A DNA stretch of 64,000 nt from Bdellovibrionales bacterium (GCA_965205945.1 CBDBIB010000003.1:162192-226191), one strand, 5' to 3'. Shown: positions 18,506-28,765, counted from the first letter of the stretch. Notes: a model not told the origin generated them from the sequence alone. Translations and numbers: made by a program.

Positions 18506-20302
18506 TTAAAAATTCTCCTTTTCAAAACCTGGAAATTCATAATTTATAGAAAGTGTATTTAAAGAGGGATCTTCTTCTGGAAGAGTTGAGATTACAACAG
18601 CAATCATATAAGTTGTTCCATTAGGGCCACCATTTAAATCTAAAGTGGTATCTTCGCTTATAGGGCCAAAAATAGATTCTGTTAAATCCTGATAAGTATT
18701 TTTAAAAACATGGAATTTAACATGACCTTCTTTTCCCGGCATGTGACCTGTGGTTGTAGAGGTGATAGAAATAGTTTCAACATTTAATGCAGCAACAGTT
18801 AGAGTGTAGTAATCAATTGAGAGAAGAGGGTGATTATCTGGTAAGTAAGGGTATACTTGAGAAGTATAAGGCTTTTTGAAACTAAAACTTGCAGTAGTAT
18901 TTCCTCGGCGTAGACCTTGTCCATACTGGGCGCGAAAAGTGCCTACAGGCGTGCTAATGGGTTGGGTCATAAAACTATGGGTAAGAAGCCTATTCCAGTT
19001 GCTATCATCTCTAATGGGGGTTAGAGAATCAATACTTTCTAAAAGTAAACCTAAAGAGGCTAAGTGAGCCTTACTATTATTAAAACCTATTTGTGATCCT
19101 GTGCTGCTAAAGGCCTGCCAAAATTCTGGAAAGTAACCACTAACATTGTCAAAATCTTCTTCTGAAGCAGCTTCATTAAATTCAGTGTCATGCATATCCC
19201 AGAGTAATCTTGCAACAGCAAACTCTCGAAATTCACCCTCTCCTTTATGAATAGGGGAGTCAGAACCTTCATTTTCAACAGAAAGTTTAAGACGAAAACC
19301 TGTAGAGCCATCAGAGTTTCCTCGAGTATCAAGCACTGTAGGAATATTTGTTATAAAAGCTTGGTAAAATTGTGCTGCTCCTTCTGACCATGCAGATCTA
19401 GGGTCTAGAATTTGATTTCCGTTATGTGGACCTCCAGGGCTATGATTAACGGAAATGGCAGATTCTAAAAAATGGAAATATTCATGAAGAATAATAGAAT
19501 TGTCAAAGTGATCTGTATCTGTAAAATCGACATCTCCGTTTGAGCCACCAAGTATAAAAATCTTCATTTGAGGTCTTGATAGAAAAGATAACCTTGAGGA
19601 ACTCCCAATATAAATGCTAGGGTTAAAGCCTTTTTCCCAATAAATATCAACTTTTGGAATATCTAAAGGATCAGTTCCCTGTCCAGTAAGACTTGCTTTT
19701 AAGGTATCAAAAGAATTGTGAATTTGATCTAAAATATTAAAAGCTCCACCAATAAGGCTTTTGTCACCCTCAGCTACAAGATTAATATTGGATTGGTTGT
19801 TATTGGAAGTAAAAAAATATTGAATTTTATGGAGCTCATTAGTTTCTGGTGCAATAAAGACACTTGCTTTATTATGCGAATTATTAGAGCGAGCATAAAT
19901 ATTTAAAGATAAGGCTTTGCGGCTTTGTGGAACTTTAAAAGAAAAGTTACCATTACCATCAGTTTCACCACATTGTAAGATCTTACCACTTACATCCATT
20001 ACGTCATATTGAGCATGTCTAATTGGACGGGTATCTTCTGCAATATCTAAAAGTCCTTCATTAGAAGGATCGGTTCCAATAGGTCTATATTCATATGTGG
20101 CTTGTCCAGAGATAAGGTAGCTTGAGTTATGAACGATAGTATTATTGCAGTAAGTTTTTTCTAAAGGGCTTTGCTTCCCTGGTGTCCATGTTCTATTTAT
20201 GATATTATTAGCAACATCAGAGTATTTCTTAGAACCACAGCCCATTAAAGAAAGTACACTTAGAGTTGTTAAAGCACCATTGAGAATAAAGAACTTAACC
20301 AT
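18506..20302 (-). CDS. lipoprotein with HExxH zinc-metalloprotease motif
   Basis: 598 aa. Lipobox LSLMGCGS, an Ig-like motif TDGNGNFSFKVP, and HEYFH followed by SEGAAQF (gluzincin-like third ligand). Confidence 0.55.
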   Translation of the reverse strand: MVKFFILNGALTTLSVLSLMGCGSKKYSDVANNIINRTWTPGKQSPLEKTYCNNTIVHNSSYLISGQATYEYRPIGTDPSNEGLLDIAEDTRPIRHAQYDVMDVSGKILQCGETDGNGNFSFKVPQSRKALSLNIYARSNNSHNKASVFIAPETNELHKIQYFFTSNNNQSNINLVAEGDKSLIGGAFNILDQIHNSFDTLKASLTGQGTDPLDIPKVDIYWEKGFNPSIYIGSSSRLSFLSRPQMKIFILGGSNGDVDFTDTDHFDNSIILHEYFHFLESAISVNHSPGGPHNGNQILDPRSAWSEGAAQFYQAFITNIPTVLDTRGNSDGSTGFRLKLSVENEGSDSPIHKGEGEFREFAVARLLWDMHDTEFNEAASEEDFDNVSGYFPEFWQAFSSTGSQIGFNNSKAHLASLGLLLESIDSLTPIRDDSNWNRLLTHSFMTQPISTPVGTFRAQYGQGLRRGNTTASFSFKKPYTSQVYPYLPDNHPLLSIDYYTLTVAALNVETISITSTTTGHMPGKEGHVKFHVFKNTYQDLTESIFGPISEDTTLDLNGGPNGTTYMIAVVISTLPEEDPSLNTLSINYEFPGFEKENF

Positions 20303-20374
20303 ATAATAACCTCGGTTAAATGTAGGGTTGTCATTAATGAGTTTGGCGTATTAATATGAGACAAAGGGAGGGTT

Positions 20375-20608
20375 ATGGGTTTAAAAGGGAGAAATTCTGA
20401 AATTCTTCATAATGAGGAGCGTTATCATATACAGACTGAAAGCTGGGTTCCTGCTGAAAAGGTTTTAGTGGCACAGGTTTTTAAGGGTGGACAGCTTGTT
20501 TTTAAAAAGAAAGTTACTCTTCAAGAGGTGGGAGGTAATTTTAATGATGCCATTGTTTTAAAAGTACATGAAGATATAATTAAAGAGCTTAAAGAATTGT
20601 TAATTTAA
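20375..20608 (+). CDS. hypothetical protein
   Basis: 77 aa. Strong RBS GGGAGGG upstream. 12 nt before ctpA. Confidence 0.45.
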   Translation: MGLKGRNSEILHNEERYHIQTESWVPAEKVLVAQVFKGGQLVFKKKVTLQEVGGNFNDAIVLKVHEDIIKELKELLI

Positions 20609-20620
20609 TAAAGAGAGATT

Positions 20621-21760
20621 ATGAAATACCTTTTTGTTTTTATATTAGGTGCTGGAGTGAGTTATTTAGTCTTTGGTGTTTCTTTGGGGCACTCAGGAGG
20701 AAGATATGATAAGCTTCGTATTTATACTCAGGTTTTTAATTTAGTAGAAGAGCATTATGTTGAAAAATTAAATATTGAAGAGCTTGTGATATCATCTATT
20801 AGAGGTATTTTAGGAAAACTTGATTCATATTCAGGTTATTTAAATAAGCAAAGGTTTAAGAAATTTAAAAATGAAACTGATGGAGGTTTTAGTGGAATAG
20901 GCTTTGAGCTAGCATTTAAAAAAAGAAATTTAGTGGTAATTAGTGTTGTTGAAGATTCTCCTGCATGGAATGCAGGAATCTTACCAAAAGATCAAATTAT
21001 AAAAATAAATGGTATGAAACTAAATGCTCTAGATTTTATAGAGGCTTCAGGGTTGTTTCCTAAGAAAAATAATAAGAAAGTTAAATTGACAATAATACGT
21101 TCTGGAAAAGATGAACCCTTAGAAGTGATTGTTAGAAAACAAAAGATTAAGATTAATCCGGTTAGAAAGGTATTTAATAAAAAAGGGTTATTGGTTGTTA
21201 GAATCACTAGTTTTTCAACTAATACAAAAAAAGAAATGCAGGCTCTTTTAAAGCAAGAAAAATTTGACAGATTGTTAATTGATCTTAGAAATAATCCGGG
21301 AGGACTTTTAGGTGAAGCCATTGAGGTGGTGGATCTTTTTGTAGAAGAAGGTGTTATTGTAATTACTAAATCACGAAGTCCAAATGATGAAGTAAACTTA
21401 GCAAGAAAAGACAATACGCTTTATCCAACGGTTCCTTTGTATGTGTTAATTGATGATGCTAGTGCTAGTGCTAGTGAAATTGTAGCAAGTTCGTTAAAGG
21501 ATTTAAAAAGAGCTAAGCTTTTTGGGAAAAAAACCTATGGTAAAGGGTCTGTACAAACGGTGATTTCACTTCCTAGAGATCAGGGGGGAATTAAGCTTAC
21601 AATAGCAAGGTATTTTACAACTTTAGGTAAAATGATTGATAAAAAAGGTGTAGAACCGGATTATATTTATCCGAATAAAAAAGAGGATATCTATCCTGTT
21701 AAGAACTTTAAAGAGGATAAAGGTCTTCAATGGGCTATAAAAGAAATTAATAAGCTTTAG
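20621..21760 (+). CDS. ctpA: C-terminal processing peptidase (S41) with PDZ domain
   Basis: 379 aa. N-terminal TM helix, GIGFEL, PDZ SPAWNAGILPKDQIIKING, DLRNNPGGLL, SASASEI and TYGKGSVQ. Confidence 0.85.
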   Translation: MKYLFVFILGAGVSYLVFGVSLGHSGGRYDKLRIYTQVFNLVEEHYVEKLNIEELVISSIRGILGKLDSYSGYLNKQRFKKFKNETDGGFSGIGFELAFKKRNLVVISVVEDSPAWNAGILPKDQIIKINGMKLNALDFIEASGLFPKKNNKKVKLTIIRSGKDEPLEVIVRKQKIKINPVRKVFNKKGLLVVRITSFSTNTKKEMQALLKQEKFDRLLIDLRNNPGGLLGEAIEVVDLFVEEGVIVITKSRSPNDEVNLARKDNTLYPTVPLYVLIDDASASASEIVASSLKDLKRAKLFGKKTYGKGSVQTVISLPRDQGGIKLTIARYFTTLGKMIDKKGVEPDYIYPNKKEDIYPVKNFKEDKGLQWAIKEINKL

Positions 21761-22247
21761 TAGAATTTTTGCACAGTAAACGTTAAGGTGAGATTAAAAA
21801 ATTGATTTTAAGGTGTCGTTGTTAAGCTTAAAATCTTTTTATATGTAATAAAATAGTATTTTTAGTGAAAATCTATTTTTATAAATCTTTTGCATGAAAA
21901 CTGTTAAATAATTAATTTTTTTATAATAAAAAATCAATAAAAGTAAGAATTTTAGAGTTTTTTGTGGCTTAGAAGAGCTAAAAATGAGCGGTTTAAAAGT
22001 AAGGCTCTTTTTAAACCCTTTATAAGAATAAGGCAATTTTATAATAAAGATAACTAATGGTAAGCTAAAAAACATTTTTTAAACAGGTGGGTTTAAATGT
22101 TATTGTTTTTTTAGAAGGAAAAAATTTAGTGTAGAAGATTTTAAATGTCTTTAAGTTTAGAATATAAAACTTGTAATTATGGCTTTGCATAGTGATCAGC
22201 ATATGGTTGAATAATAAGATATTTGAAGATGGGGGAAGTCATTATTT

Positions 22248-22922
22248 ATGATAGATGAGGCAGCATATTTACTTACAGGAACTCCAGTTGATTTAATAAT
22301 GAGATTTTTGTTAGCTTTTGTAGTGGGATCTTCAATAGCAATCTTATATGTTGGAACTTTTCAAGGCTTGTCATTTTCCAAAAACTTTGTGCACTCATTA
22401 GTGTTGAGTCCAATTGTTACAGCTATTGCAATGATGGCAATTGATGGAAGTCTTGCTCGTGGTATTGGTATGATGGGGGCATTCTCTATTTTAAGATTTA
22501 GATCAAATATTAGAGATCCTAGAGATATGTTTTTTCTTTTTGCAAGCTTAGCTTTAGGGATTTCTTGTGGTGTTGGAGCAATAGAGGTTTCTGTTATAGG
22601 ATCGATCGCTTTCATTGGTGCTATTTTAGTTTTATCAAAAGTTCCGTTTTCTCAGACAGCAAGGTTTGATGGAGTGTTAAAATTTTCTATTCAAAGTTAT
22701 TCAGAAAACAAGAGTTTAGTGAATTCTAGTATGGAGAAAATTTGTAAGAGGTATTCTTTGGTTTCTATGAAACAAACCTCACAAGGTGAAATTCTTAATT
22801 ATGTGTATCATATTAGGCTTAAAAAAGGTTTTGCTCAGGATGATCTTGTAAATGAGCTTAAAGCAATTTCAGGATTAGATGGGATTTCTGTATTAGTCAG
22901 AGATCAAGAGGTAGAAATGTAA
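22248..22922 (+). CDS. DUF4956-like membrane protein
   Basis: 224 aa with several TM helices. FSILRFRSNIRDPRDMFFLFASLALGISCG matches the DUF4956 signature as I recall it. Confidence 0.55.
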   Translation: MIDEAAYLLTGTPVDLIMRFLLAFVVGSSIAILYVGTFQGLSFSKNFVHSLVLSPIVTAIAMMAIDGSLARGIGMMGAFSILRFRSNIRDPRDMFFLFASLALGISCGVGAIEVSVIGSIAFIGAILVLSKVPFSQTARFDGVLKFSIQSYSENKSLVNSSMEKICKRYSLVSMKQTSQGEILNYVYHIRLKKGFAQDDLVNELKAISGLDGISVLVRDQEVEM

Positions 22923-23767
22923 TGAATTGGGTTAAAAATAGACAACAAGCTAATAGGGAAGAGGTGTTTTTAATTTCGTTTACAAAATATAATGTTTTTC
23001 TTACTTTGTCTTGGTGTTTTTGTACTGTGCTTTTATTATATTATTTTTTAGCCAAACAATCTGGATACAGATTTATGGGTGTTACGCAGGCCTATCAATA
23101 TAGAGTACAGTTTAAAGAAGCTGTTGTTATAGATGAAATATTAGCTACTTCAGGTCAAGAGGTTAAAAAAGGGGAAACAATATTAAAATTATCTAGCTCA
23201 AAACTCTTATATGATTTAGCAGCGGTTAATATGAAGCTTTATGAAAAATTTTCTAAATATAGACTCTATAATAATATAAAAGATTTAGATAAGTTTGTTA
23301 AAGAGCTTAGGTATAAAAAAGAAAAAACTTTGCTCGAATTAGAAATATTTTCATCGATTAACATTAAAAATATTATTGAAAAACAGATTGAAAAATTAGA
23401 GGTAAAGGCGCCTTTTGATGGTTATCTTGGGAATCTTAATTTTGCCTTAGATGAAATTGTCCCAAGTTTTAATCCTGTTACATTCGTAACAGGAAAAAAT
23501 GCTACAATTATTAAATCATATGTGCTTGAGGATGATCCTGCTGCGGTGAAAGTAAGTATTGGTCAAGAGGTTAATATTTTTAGAGCAGATGGATCTAGAG
23601 GTGGAAAAGGAAAAGTTTTTCAAATAGGAGCTGAAGTTAGAGAGCTTCCAGCAAGATTTCAAAAGACTGGGTATGACAGGATTTATGGACGAGAAATTTT
23701 TGTAAAAATAATAAATGAAGCAGCTTTTATAACAGGTGAAAGGATATTAATTGAGTTTAGTAAATAG
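22922..23767 (+). CDS. HlyD-type periplasmic adaptor (membrane fusion protein)-like
   Basis: 281 aa. N-terminal TM helix, lipoyl-like GQEVKKGETILKL, coiled coil, VKAPFDGYLG and VSIGQEVNIF. TAATG overlap with the upstream gene. Confidence 0.55.
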   Translation: MNWVKNRQQANREEVFLISFTKYNVFLTLSWCFCTVLLLYYFLAKQSGYRFMGVTQAYQYRVQFKEAVVIDEILATSGQEVKKGETILKLSSSKLLYDLAAVNMKLYEKFSKYRLYNNIKDLDKFVKELRYKKEKTLLELEIFSSINIKNIIEKQIEKLEVKAPFDGYLGNLNFALDEIVPSFNPVTFVTGKNATIIKSYVLEDDPAAVKVSIGQEVNIFRADGSRGGKGKVFQIGAEVRELPARFQKTGYDRIYGREIFVKIINEAAFITGERILIEFSK

Positions 23768-24755
23768 GGTTCTTTTTTTAATATTAATTTCACAAGAAGG
23801 TTTTTCGATTTCAAAGGGAACTGTTATGAATAATTTAATTAAAAATATTGAACTAAGAACTCAGTATAATTTTGAGAACGAAGAGTATAATAATACCCTT
23901 AGGTTTAAGCTTGGATCTTTAAAGGTTAGTGCTAAGAATAAAATATTAACTTTAAATGAAAATGAAGAGAGATCACAATTTTTATATATTAAAGCAGAAA
24001 AAAGAATTTCACAGATCCACTCATGGAATAAAATTCAAGTATCAAAAGAATGGAGAGCGGATTTAATAAATGCGTATGATGCATATAAAGAATATTTAAA
24101 ATCTAATCCTGCCGCAATAAGAATTTCTATAGATATTGATGTTAATGAAGTCTTATTTTGGTCTGAAAATCTAACGAATTTAGAAGTTAAAGATAGTTTA
24201 AAAAATGTTTTAACTAAAGACATAGATAAGAAAGCGATTCTAAAAAGTTTGAAAGAAAGGGGTTTTAAAAAACTTTTGTGGATTAAGGATATTTATAAAG
24301 CTGATAATACTTTAATAAAATTTTTAGAGCTAGGAGTTAAGGGAAGTTATAAAAATTCTAGTAAGAATGATTCAGTTGCAAGACTTGGGCTTACTCTTCC
24401 TTTAGGATTTGTGGGTGAAAAGATTGAATCTAGAAATAAAATGATTGTTGATCAGTATAGGATTAAAAGAGAACAGGTCCAAAGAGAATGGGAATTAAAT
24501 AAGGCCTATGAAGAGTTTATATTTAAGAAAGAAATGTATCAACGAGTTGAATCTAATTTTGTTTCAAAGTTGAAAATTAAAAAAATAACTTCTTCAACAT
24601 CTATAAGTGTTGAAGAAAAAATTAAAATTTACTTAGATGCAATAAAAGCATCTTATAAACTTATGGAGTTAAAAGCTGAGGCAGCTGTTTTATACAATAA
24701 GGTTATGCTTCTTGATATGAATATTGATAAAAACAAATTTATTGGTTTGGAGTGA
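23751..24755 (+). CDS. coiled-coil protein of unknown function (possible outer-membrane-factor-like)
   Basis: 334 aa. The TTG start overlaps the upstream gene by 17 nt, with an alternative ATG at 23826. Weak N-terminal hydrophobic stretch. No diagnostic motif recognised. Confidence 0.35.
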   Translation: MSLVNRVLFLILISQEGFSISKGTVMNNLIKNIELRTQYNFENEEYNNTLRFKLGSLKVSAKNKILTLNENEERSQFLYIKAEKRISQIHSWNKIQVSKEWRADLINAYDAYKEYLKSNPAAIRISIDIDVNEVLFWSENLTNLEVKDSLKNVLTKDIDKKAILKSLKERGFKKLLWIKDIYKADNTLIKFLELGVKGSYKNSSKNDSVARLGLTLPLGFVGEKIESRNKMIVDQYRIKREQVQREWELNKAYEEFIFKKEMYQRVESNFVSKLKIKKITSSTSISVEEKIKIYLDAIKASYKLMELKAEAAVLYNKVMLLDMNIDKNKFIGLE

Positions 24756-24759
24756 TTTT

Positions 24760-25554
24760 ATGGATAGTGGTGGCCTAGATAGGAATAAAATTTCTAGATA
24801 CGAGCTTAAATATATTCTTCCTAAAAGTATGGTTTCACAAATTGGAGATTATATTGAAATTTGTTGTCAAAAAGATAACCATTCTTTAAATGTGTGCGAT
24901 GGCTATTATACTGTAAATACGCTTTATCTTGATTCTCCTAATTTTTTACTTTTAGACCACAAGCGTTCAAATATGAGTAAAAGATTTACACTTAGAATTA
25001 GAAGTTATGCAGATGGAGAATCTCCACCATATTTTTTTGAAGTGAAAAAGAAAGCTGGAATGCTAATTAATAAAATTAGAGCATGTGTGAAAGAAAAAGA
25101 TTTATATGAAGTGTTTAAGCATCCAGATGGGGCATTGGGTTTGTCCTTAGAAGATAAGAAGAATTTAAAATATTTTATTCGAAAATCTGAAGAGCTTCAT
25201 GCTCGGCCAAAAATATTTACACAGTATAAAAGACTCGCATATTTTTCGGTTCTTGATGAGTACGTGAGAATCACATTTGATAGAGATCTTAAATTTTGTA
25301 AATCAAAAGTCTTTAATGTTATTCCAGGGCATTATGATACTCAGAATTATGATTATGATATTTTTTTAAAGGGAATGCCGGCAAACAGTGTTGTTTTAGA
25401 AATAAAAACACTGACTTCAGTACCAAAATGGGTGATTGAGTTGATTCAATATTTTGGTTTAGAAAGGGGTTCGTTCTCTAAATTTGAAAGTAGTTTGGAT
25501 GAAGCTTCTGGTATTCAAGATGAAGAGCTCTTTTCATTAAGTTCAGTGAATTAA
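24760..25554 (+). CDS. VTC-domain (polyphosphate polymerase-like, CYTH superfamily) protein
   Basis: RYELKYILP, NTLYLDSP, LRIRSY, YFFEVKKK and VRITFDRDL. Start placed at the ATG at 24760 (track ORF starts at 24724). Confidence 0.6.
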   Translation: MDSGGLDRNKISRYELKYILPKSMVSQIGDYIEICCQKDNHSLNVCDGYYTVNTLYLDSPNFLLLDHKRSNMSKRFTLRIRSYADGESPPYFFEVKKKAGMLINKIRACVKEKDLYEVFKHPDGALGLSLEDKKNLKYFIRKSEELHARPKIFTQYKRLAYFSVLDEYVRITFDRDLKFCKSKVFNVIPGHYDTQNYDYDIFLKGMPANSVVLEIKTLTSVPKWVIELIQYFGLERGSFSKFESSLDEASGIQDEELFSLSSVN

Positions 25555-25629
25555 GTAAATATTCAACTTGCTCAAGGCTTAAAGAAGAATTATTATTATT
25601 TAAATGATTAGCACTAAGGAGAATACTAG

Positions 25630-27252
25630 ATGCCTTTAAAGGCTCCGATTATAGTCACTTCAGGGCTTCCATATGCTAATAACTCACTACACTTAGGCCA
25701 CATGGTTGAATATTTGCAAACAGATTTTTGGGTCAGATATCAAAAATTAAAAGGTGAGAATTGTATTTATATTTGTGGTGATGACACTCATGGAACTCCA
25801 ATCATGATTAGTGCAAGAGATCAAAAAATCACACCAGAAGAGTTAATTAAAAATTGTTTAAAGGAGCATTTAAAAGATTTTAATGATTTTGGCATAGAGT
25901 TTGATCATTACTCATCTACAAATAGTCCTGAGAATAAGAAGTTAGTTTCTCAGATTTATCTGTCATTAAAAGATAAAGGGCACATTACAACCAAAAAAAT
26001 ACAACAGCTTTTTTGTGAGCATGATAAAATGTTTTTACCAGATCGTTTTGTTAGAGGAACTTGTCCTTCTTGTAAATCAAAAGATCAGTATGGAGACTCT
26101 TGTGATGAATGTGGGGCGACGTATGGAACAAATGAAGTTATAGAGCCTAAATGTTCAATATGCCGTAACATACCTATTTTAAAAGAGAGTGAGCATGTAT
26201 TTATAAAACTTTCTAATTTTCAGGGCTTTTTAAAAGAATGGGCCCCTAGGCACACTTCAAAAGAAGTCTTTAATAAGTTAAAAGAATGGCTTAAGGGGGA
26301 GCTTAGGGATTGGGATATTTCTAGAGATGATCCATATTTTGGTTTTCAGATTCCAGGTTATGAAAATAGGTATTTTTACGTATGGATGGATGCACCGGTG
26401 GGTTATATAGCCGGAACAAAAGAGTGGTGTGATAAAAATGGTAAGAATTTAGATGATTATTGGAAAAATCCAGATTCTAAAATTTATCATTTTATTGGAA
26501 AAGATATTATTTATTTTCATTCATTGTTTTGGCCATCTATATTAAGTTCTACAGAATATACGTTGCCATCAGGAATATTTGTCCATGGTTTTTTAAAAGT
26601 AAAGGGTGAAAAGATGAGTAAATCAAAAGGTACTTTTATAAAAGCAAGAAAGTATCTTAATAGTATAGATCCTTTATATTTAAGATATTATTTTGCTTGT
26701 AAACTTAATTCAGGCTTAGGCGATATAGATTTAAATCCAGAAAATTTTGTTCAAAGAGTTAATTCTGATCTCATAGGGAAAATTACTAATCTTGGTTCAA
26801 GAGGAGCTCAAATGCTTGGAAAAAAGTTTCATGGGGTCATGGGTGAATTAGATGATGAGGCAAGAAGAGTAGTTGATTTTTCAAAATCTAGAGCAGATAT
26901 TATTTCAAATCATTATCAAAATAGAGATTTTGCACGTGCCATGGAAGAGATTAGATTTATTGCTGATAAAGCTAATAGATATTTTGATGAAAAACAGCCA
27001 TGGAATATTATTAAAGATGATGCTAAAGGGGCTCAAACTTGTCTTACAGGGATTTTAAATATTTTTAGAGATATAGCAATTTATTTAAGTCCAGTGATAC
27101 CAGAGTACTCTAAAAAGGTTTCGTTATTATTTAGAGAAGAAAAATATCAATGGTCTGATTTAGATAAAATTTTAGAAAAATATCATATTAATAAATATAA
27201 ACACCTAGCAACTCGCTTAAATATAGATGAGGTTAAAAATATTCTATCATAG
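25630..27252 (+). CDS. metG: methionine--tRNA ligase
   Basis: 540 aa. HIGH-type motif LHLGH, zinc knuckles CPSC...CDEC, and KMSKS. Confidence 0.95.
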   Translation: MPLKAPIIVTSGLPYANNSLHLGHMVEYLQTDFWVRYQKLKGENCIYICGDDTHGTPIMISARDQKITPEELIKNCLKEHLKDFNDFGIEFDHYSSTNSPENKKLVSQIYLSLKDKGHITTKKIQQLFCEHDKMFLPDRFVRGTCPSCKSKDQYGDSCDECGATYGTNEVIEPKCSICRNIPILKESEHVFIKLSNFQGFLKEWAPRHTSKEVFNKLKEWLKGELRDWDISRDDPYFGFQIPGYENRYFYVWMDAPVGYIAGTKEWCDKNGKNLDDYWKNPDSKIYHFIGKDIIYFHSLFWPSILSSTEYTLPSGIFVHGFLKVKGEKMSKSKGTFIKARKYLNSIDPLYLRYYFACKLNSGLGDIDLNPENFVQRVNSDLIGKITNLGSRGAQMLGKKFHGVMGELDDEARRVVDFSKSRADIISNHYQNRDFARAMEEIRFIADKANRYFDEKQPWNIIKDDAKGAQTCLTGILNIFRDIAIYLSPVIPEYSKKVSLLFREEKYQWSDLDKILEKYHINKYKHLATRLNIDEVKNILS

Positions 27253-27351
27253 GATAGAATGCAGTTAAGGGGGCATTAAAGGTTTAATCTTTTTAAGTGT
27301 AGTAATGTTATTATTAAGGCATGTAAATTGTGCTTATTTTATAAAAGAAAA

Positions 27352-28644
27352 CTATTTAATTGTTGCCTTGCTTTTTAAAAAAGTAATAACGTTTTCTTCC
27401 ATTATTTTAAATTCAAGTTCTTGTGTTTTTTCAGGTGATTTATAATAAGATTGAATTTTCTCAAAATCAATTCCAGTTTTTTTTGAAAGATTAGAGAAAT
27501 AAGCTGTAATATCTTTTTCTTTAGGGAATAAACCTTCTTTTTTTGCAAGAGCCTCAATTAGAAAAGAAATTTTAATACTCTTTAAAGCATTGTCTTCATA
27601 GGAGCTCTCCCATTTTTTGTGATATTCATTTATATTGGTTTCACTCATACCTTGTTGCGTGAGGTTTTGTGTAGTTGCTTTTTTTAAGCTTTTAATTTGT
27701 TCATTGACTATACTAGTAGGGACTTTGATTTCATGCATTCTTTCAAGAGCAGATAAAAGATCATTAGCAAGCTTTTGTTTGATGGATTGTTCTTGTTTTT
27801 TTGTTAGATCATTAATGATTTGTTTTTTAAAGTCTTTTAAAGAATCTAGGTTGGAAATTTCTTTAGCAAGGGCATCGTTTATTTCAGGAAGTTTTTTAGT
27901 ATTTATAGAGTTTAAGGTAACTTTAAAATCAACACAAGCTCCTGCATACTCATTTTGAGGGTAGTTTTTAGGGAATTTAAGAGAAAGAACTTTTTCTTCT
28001 CCCTTACTCATACCAACAATCCCATCCTCAAAGCCGTTAATTAAACTTTTACTGCCAAGCTGTAGTAAGAAGTTTTTTGAAGAGCCATTTTTAACAGGAG
28101 TGTTTGTAGTGGAAAGAGTTCCTTGAAAATCAATTTTTACCCAATCGTTTATTTGTGCAGGCCTATTTAATTCAATGGGTATGACTTTAGCTTTTGATTC
28201 TACAGCTTTTTGTAAAACCTCGTTTATTTGTGTATCAGTTACGTTAATTTTTTCTTTTACAACAGAGATTTTAGTAAGGTCTTTTAGTCTGATTTCAGGT
28301 TTTACTTCAAATTCTGCAGTAAAAGAGAAACCATGACCATTTTTTTCATTAAGATTTGGGGCAACATCAATTTTAGGCGCAGCCATAGGAGTTAATTTGT
28401 GTTTGTTTAATGCATTAAGGTAGTTTTTTTTAACAAGATCTTCTAAAACATTTTCAGAAACTTTAGCACTATAAAAAGCTTTAACTTGGTTCATGGGGAC
28501 TTTGCCTTTTCTAAAGCCTTTAAGTTGGGCTGTTTTTTGAATCTTTTTAAACTCTTTTTCTAGAGCTGCTGTAACTTCAATTTTATCAAGCTCAACTTTG
28601 ATGACGCGTTTTAATCCAGTATTTTGAATAATTTGTGATTTCAT
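27352..28644 (-). CDS. tig: trigger factor
   Basis: 430 aa. GFRKGKVP ribosome-binding motif. FKBP-type middle domain. Confidence 0.9.
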   Translation of the reverse strand: MKSQIIQNTGLKRVIKVELDKIEVTAALEKEFKKIQKTAQLKGFRKGKVPMNQVKAFYSAKVSENVLEDLVKKNYLNALNKHKLTPMAAPKIDVAPNLNEKNGHGFSFTAEFEVKPEIRLKDLTKISVVKEKINVTDTQINEVLQKAVESKAKVIPIELNRPAQINDWVKIDFQGTLSTTNTPVKNGSSKNFLLQLGSKSLINGFEDGIVGMSKGEEKVLSLKFPKNYPQNEYAGACVDFKVTLNSINTKKLPEINDALAKEISNLDSLKDFKKQIINDLTKKQEQSIKQKLANDLLSALERMHEIKVPTSIVNEQIKSLKKATTQNLTQQGMSETNINEYHKKWESSYEDNALKSIKISFLIEALAKKEGLFPKEKDITAYFSNLSKKTGIDFEKIQSYYKSPEKTQELEFKIMEENVITFLKSKATIK

Positions 28645-28765
28645 ATCGATCTATTCCTTTATCTATATAAGGGGTATAGGAAAAAATTTACTTTCATGCA
28701 ACCAATTAGAGCATAAAAAATTCTTATGTTTTTCTTTTCCTTTAGATTAAGGTAGTTTAAAGCTT

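Noticed and set aside
21458-21475. Tandem GCTAGT x3 repeat
   Set aside because: It encodes ASASAS within the conserved active-site segment of the S41 peptidase. It is not a CRISPR or VNTR-type feature.
21839-22075. 78-aa minus-strand ORF in the AT-rich spacer upstream of the DUF4956/VTC operon
   Set aside because: The translation is dominated by Phe/Lys/Ile/Leu from AT-rich sequence, and there is no RBS. The region is more likely a promoter or leader.
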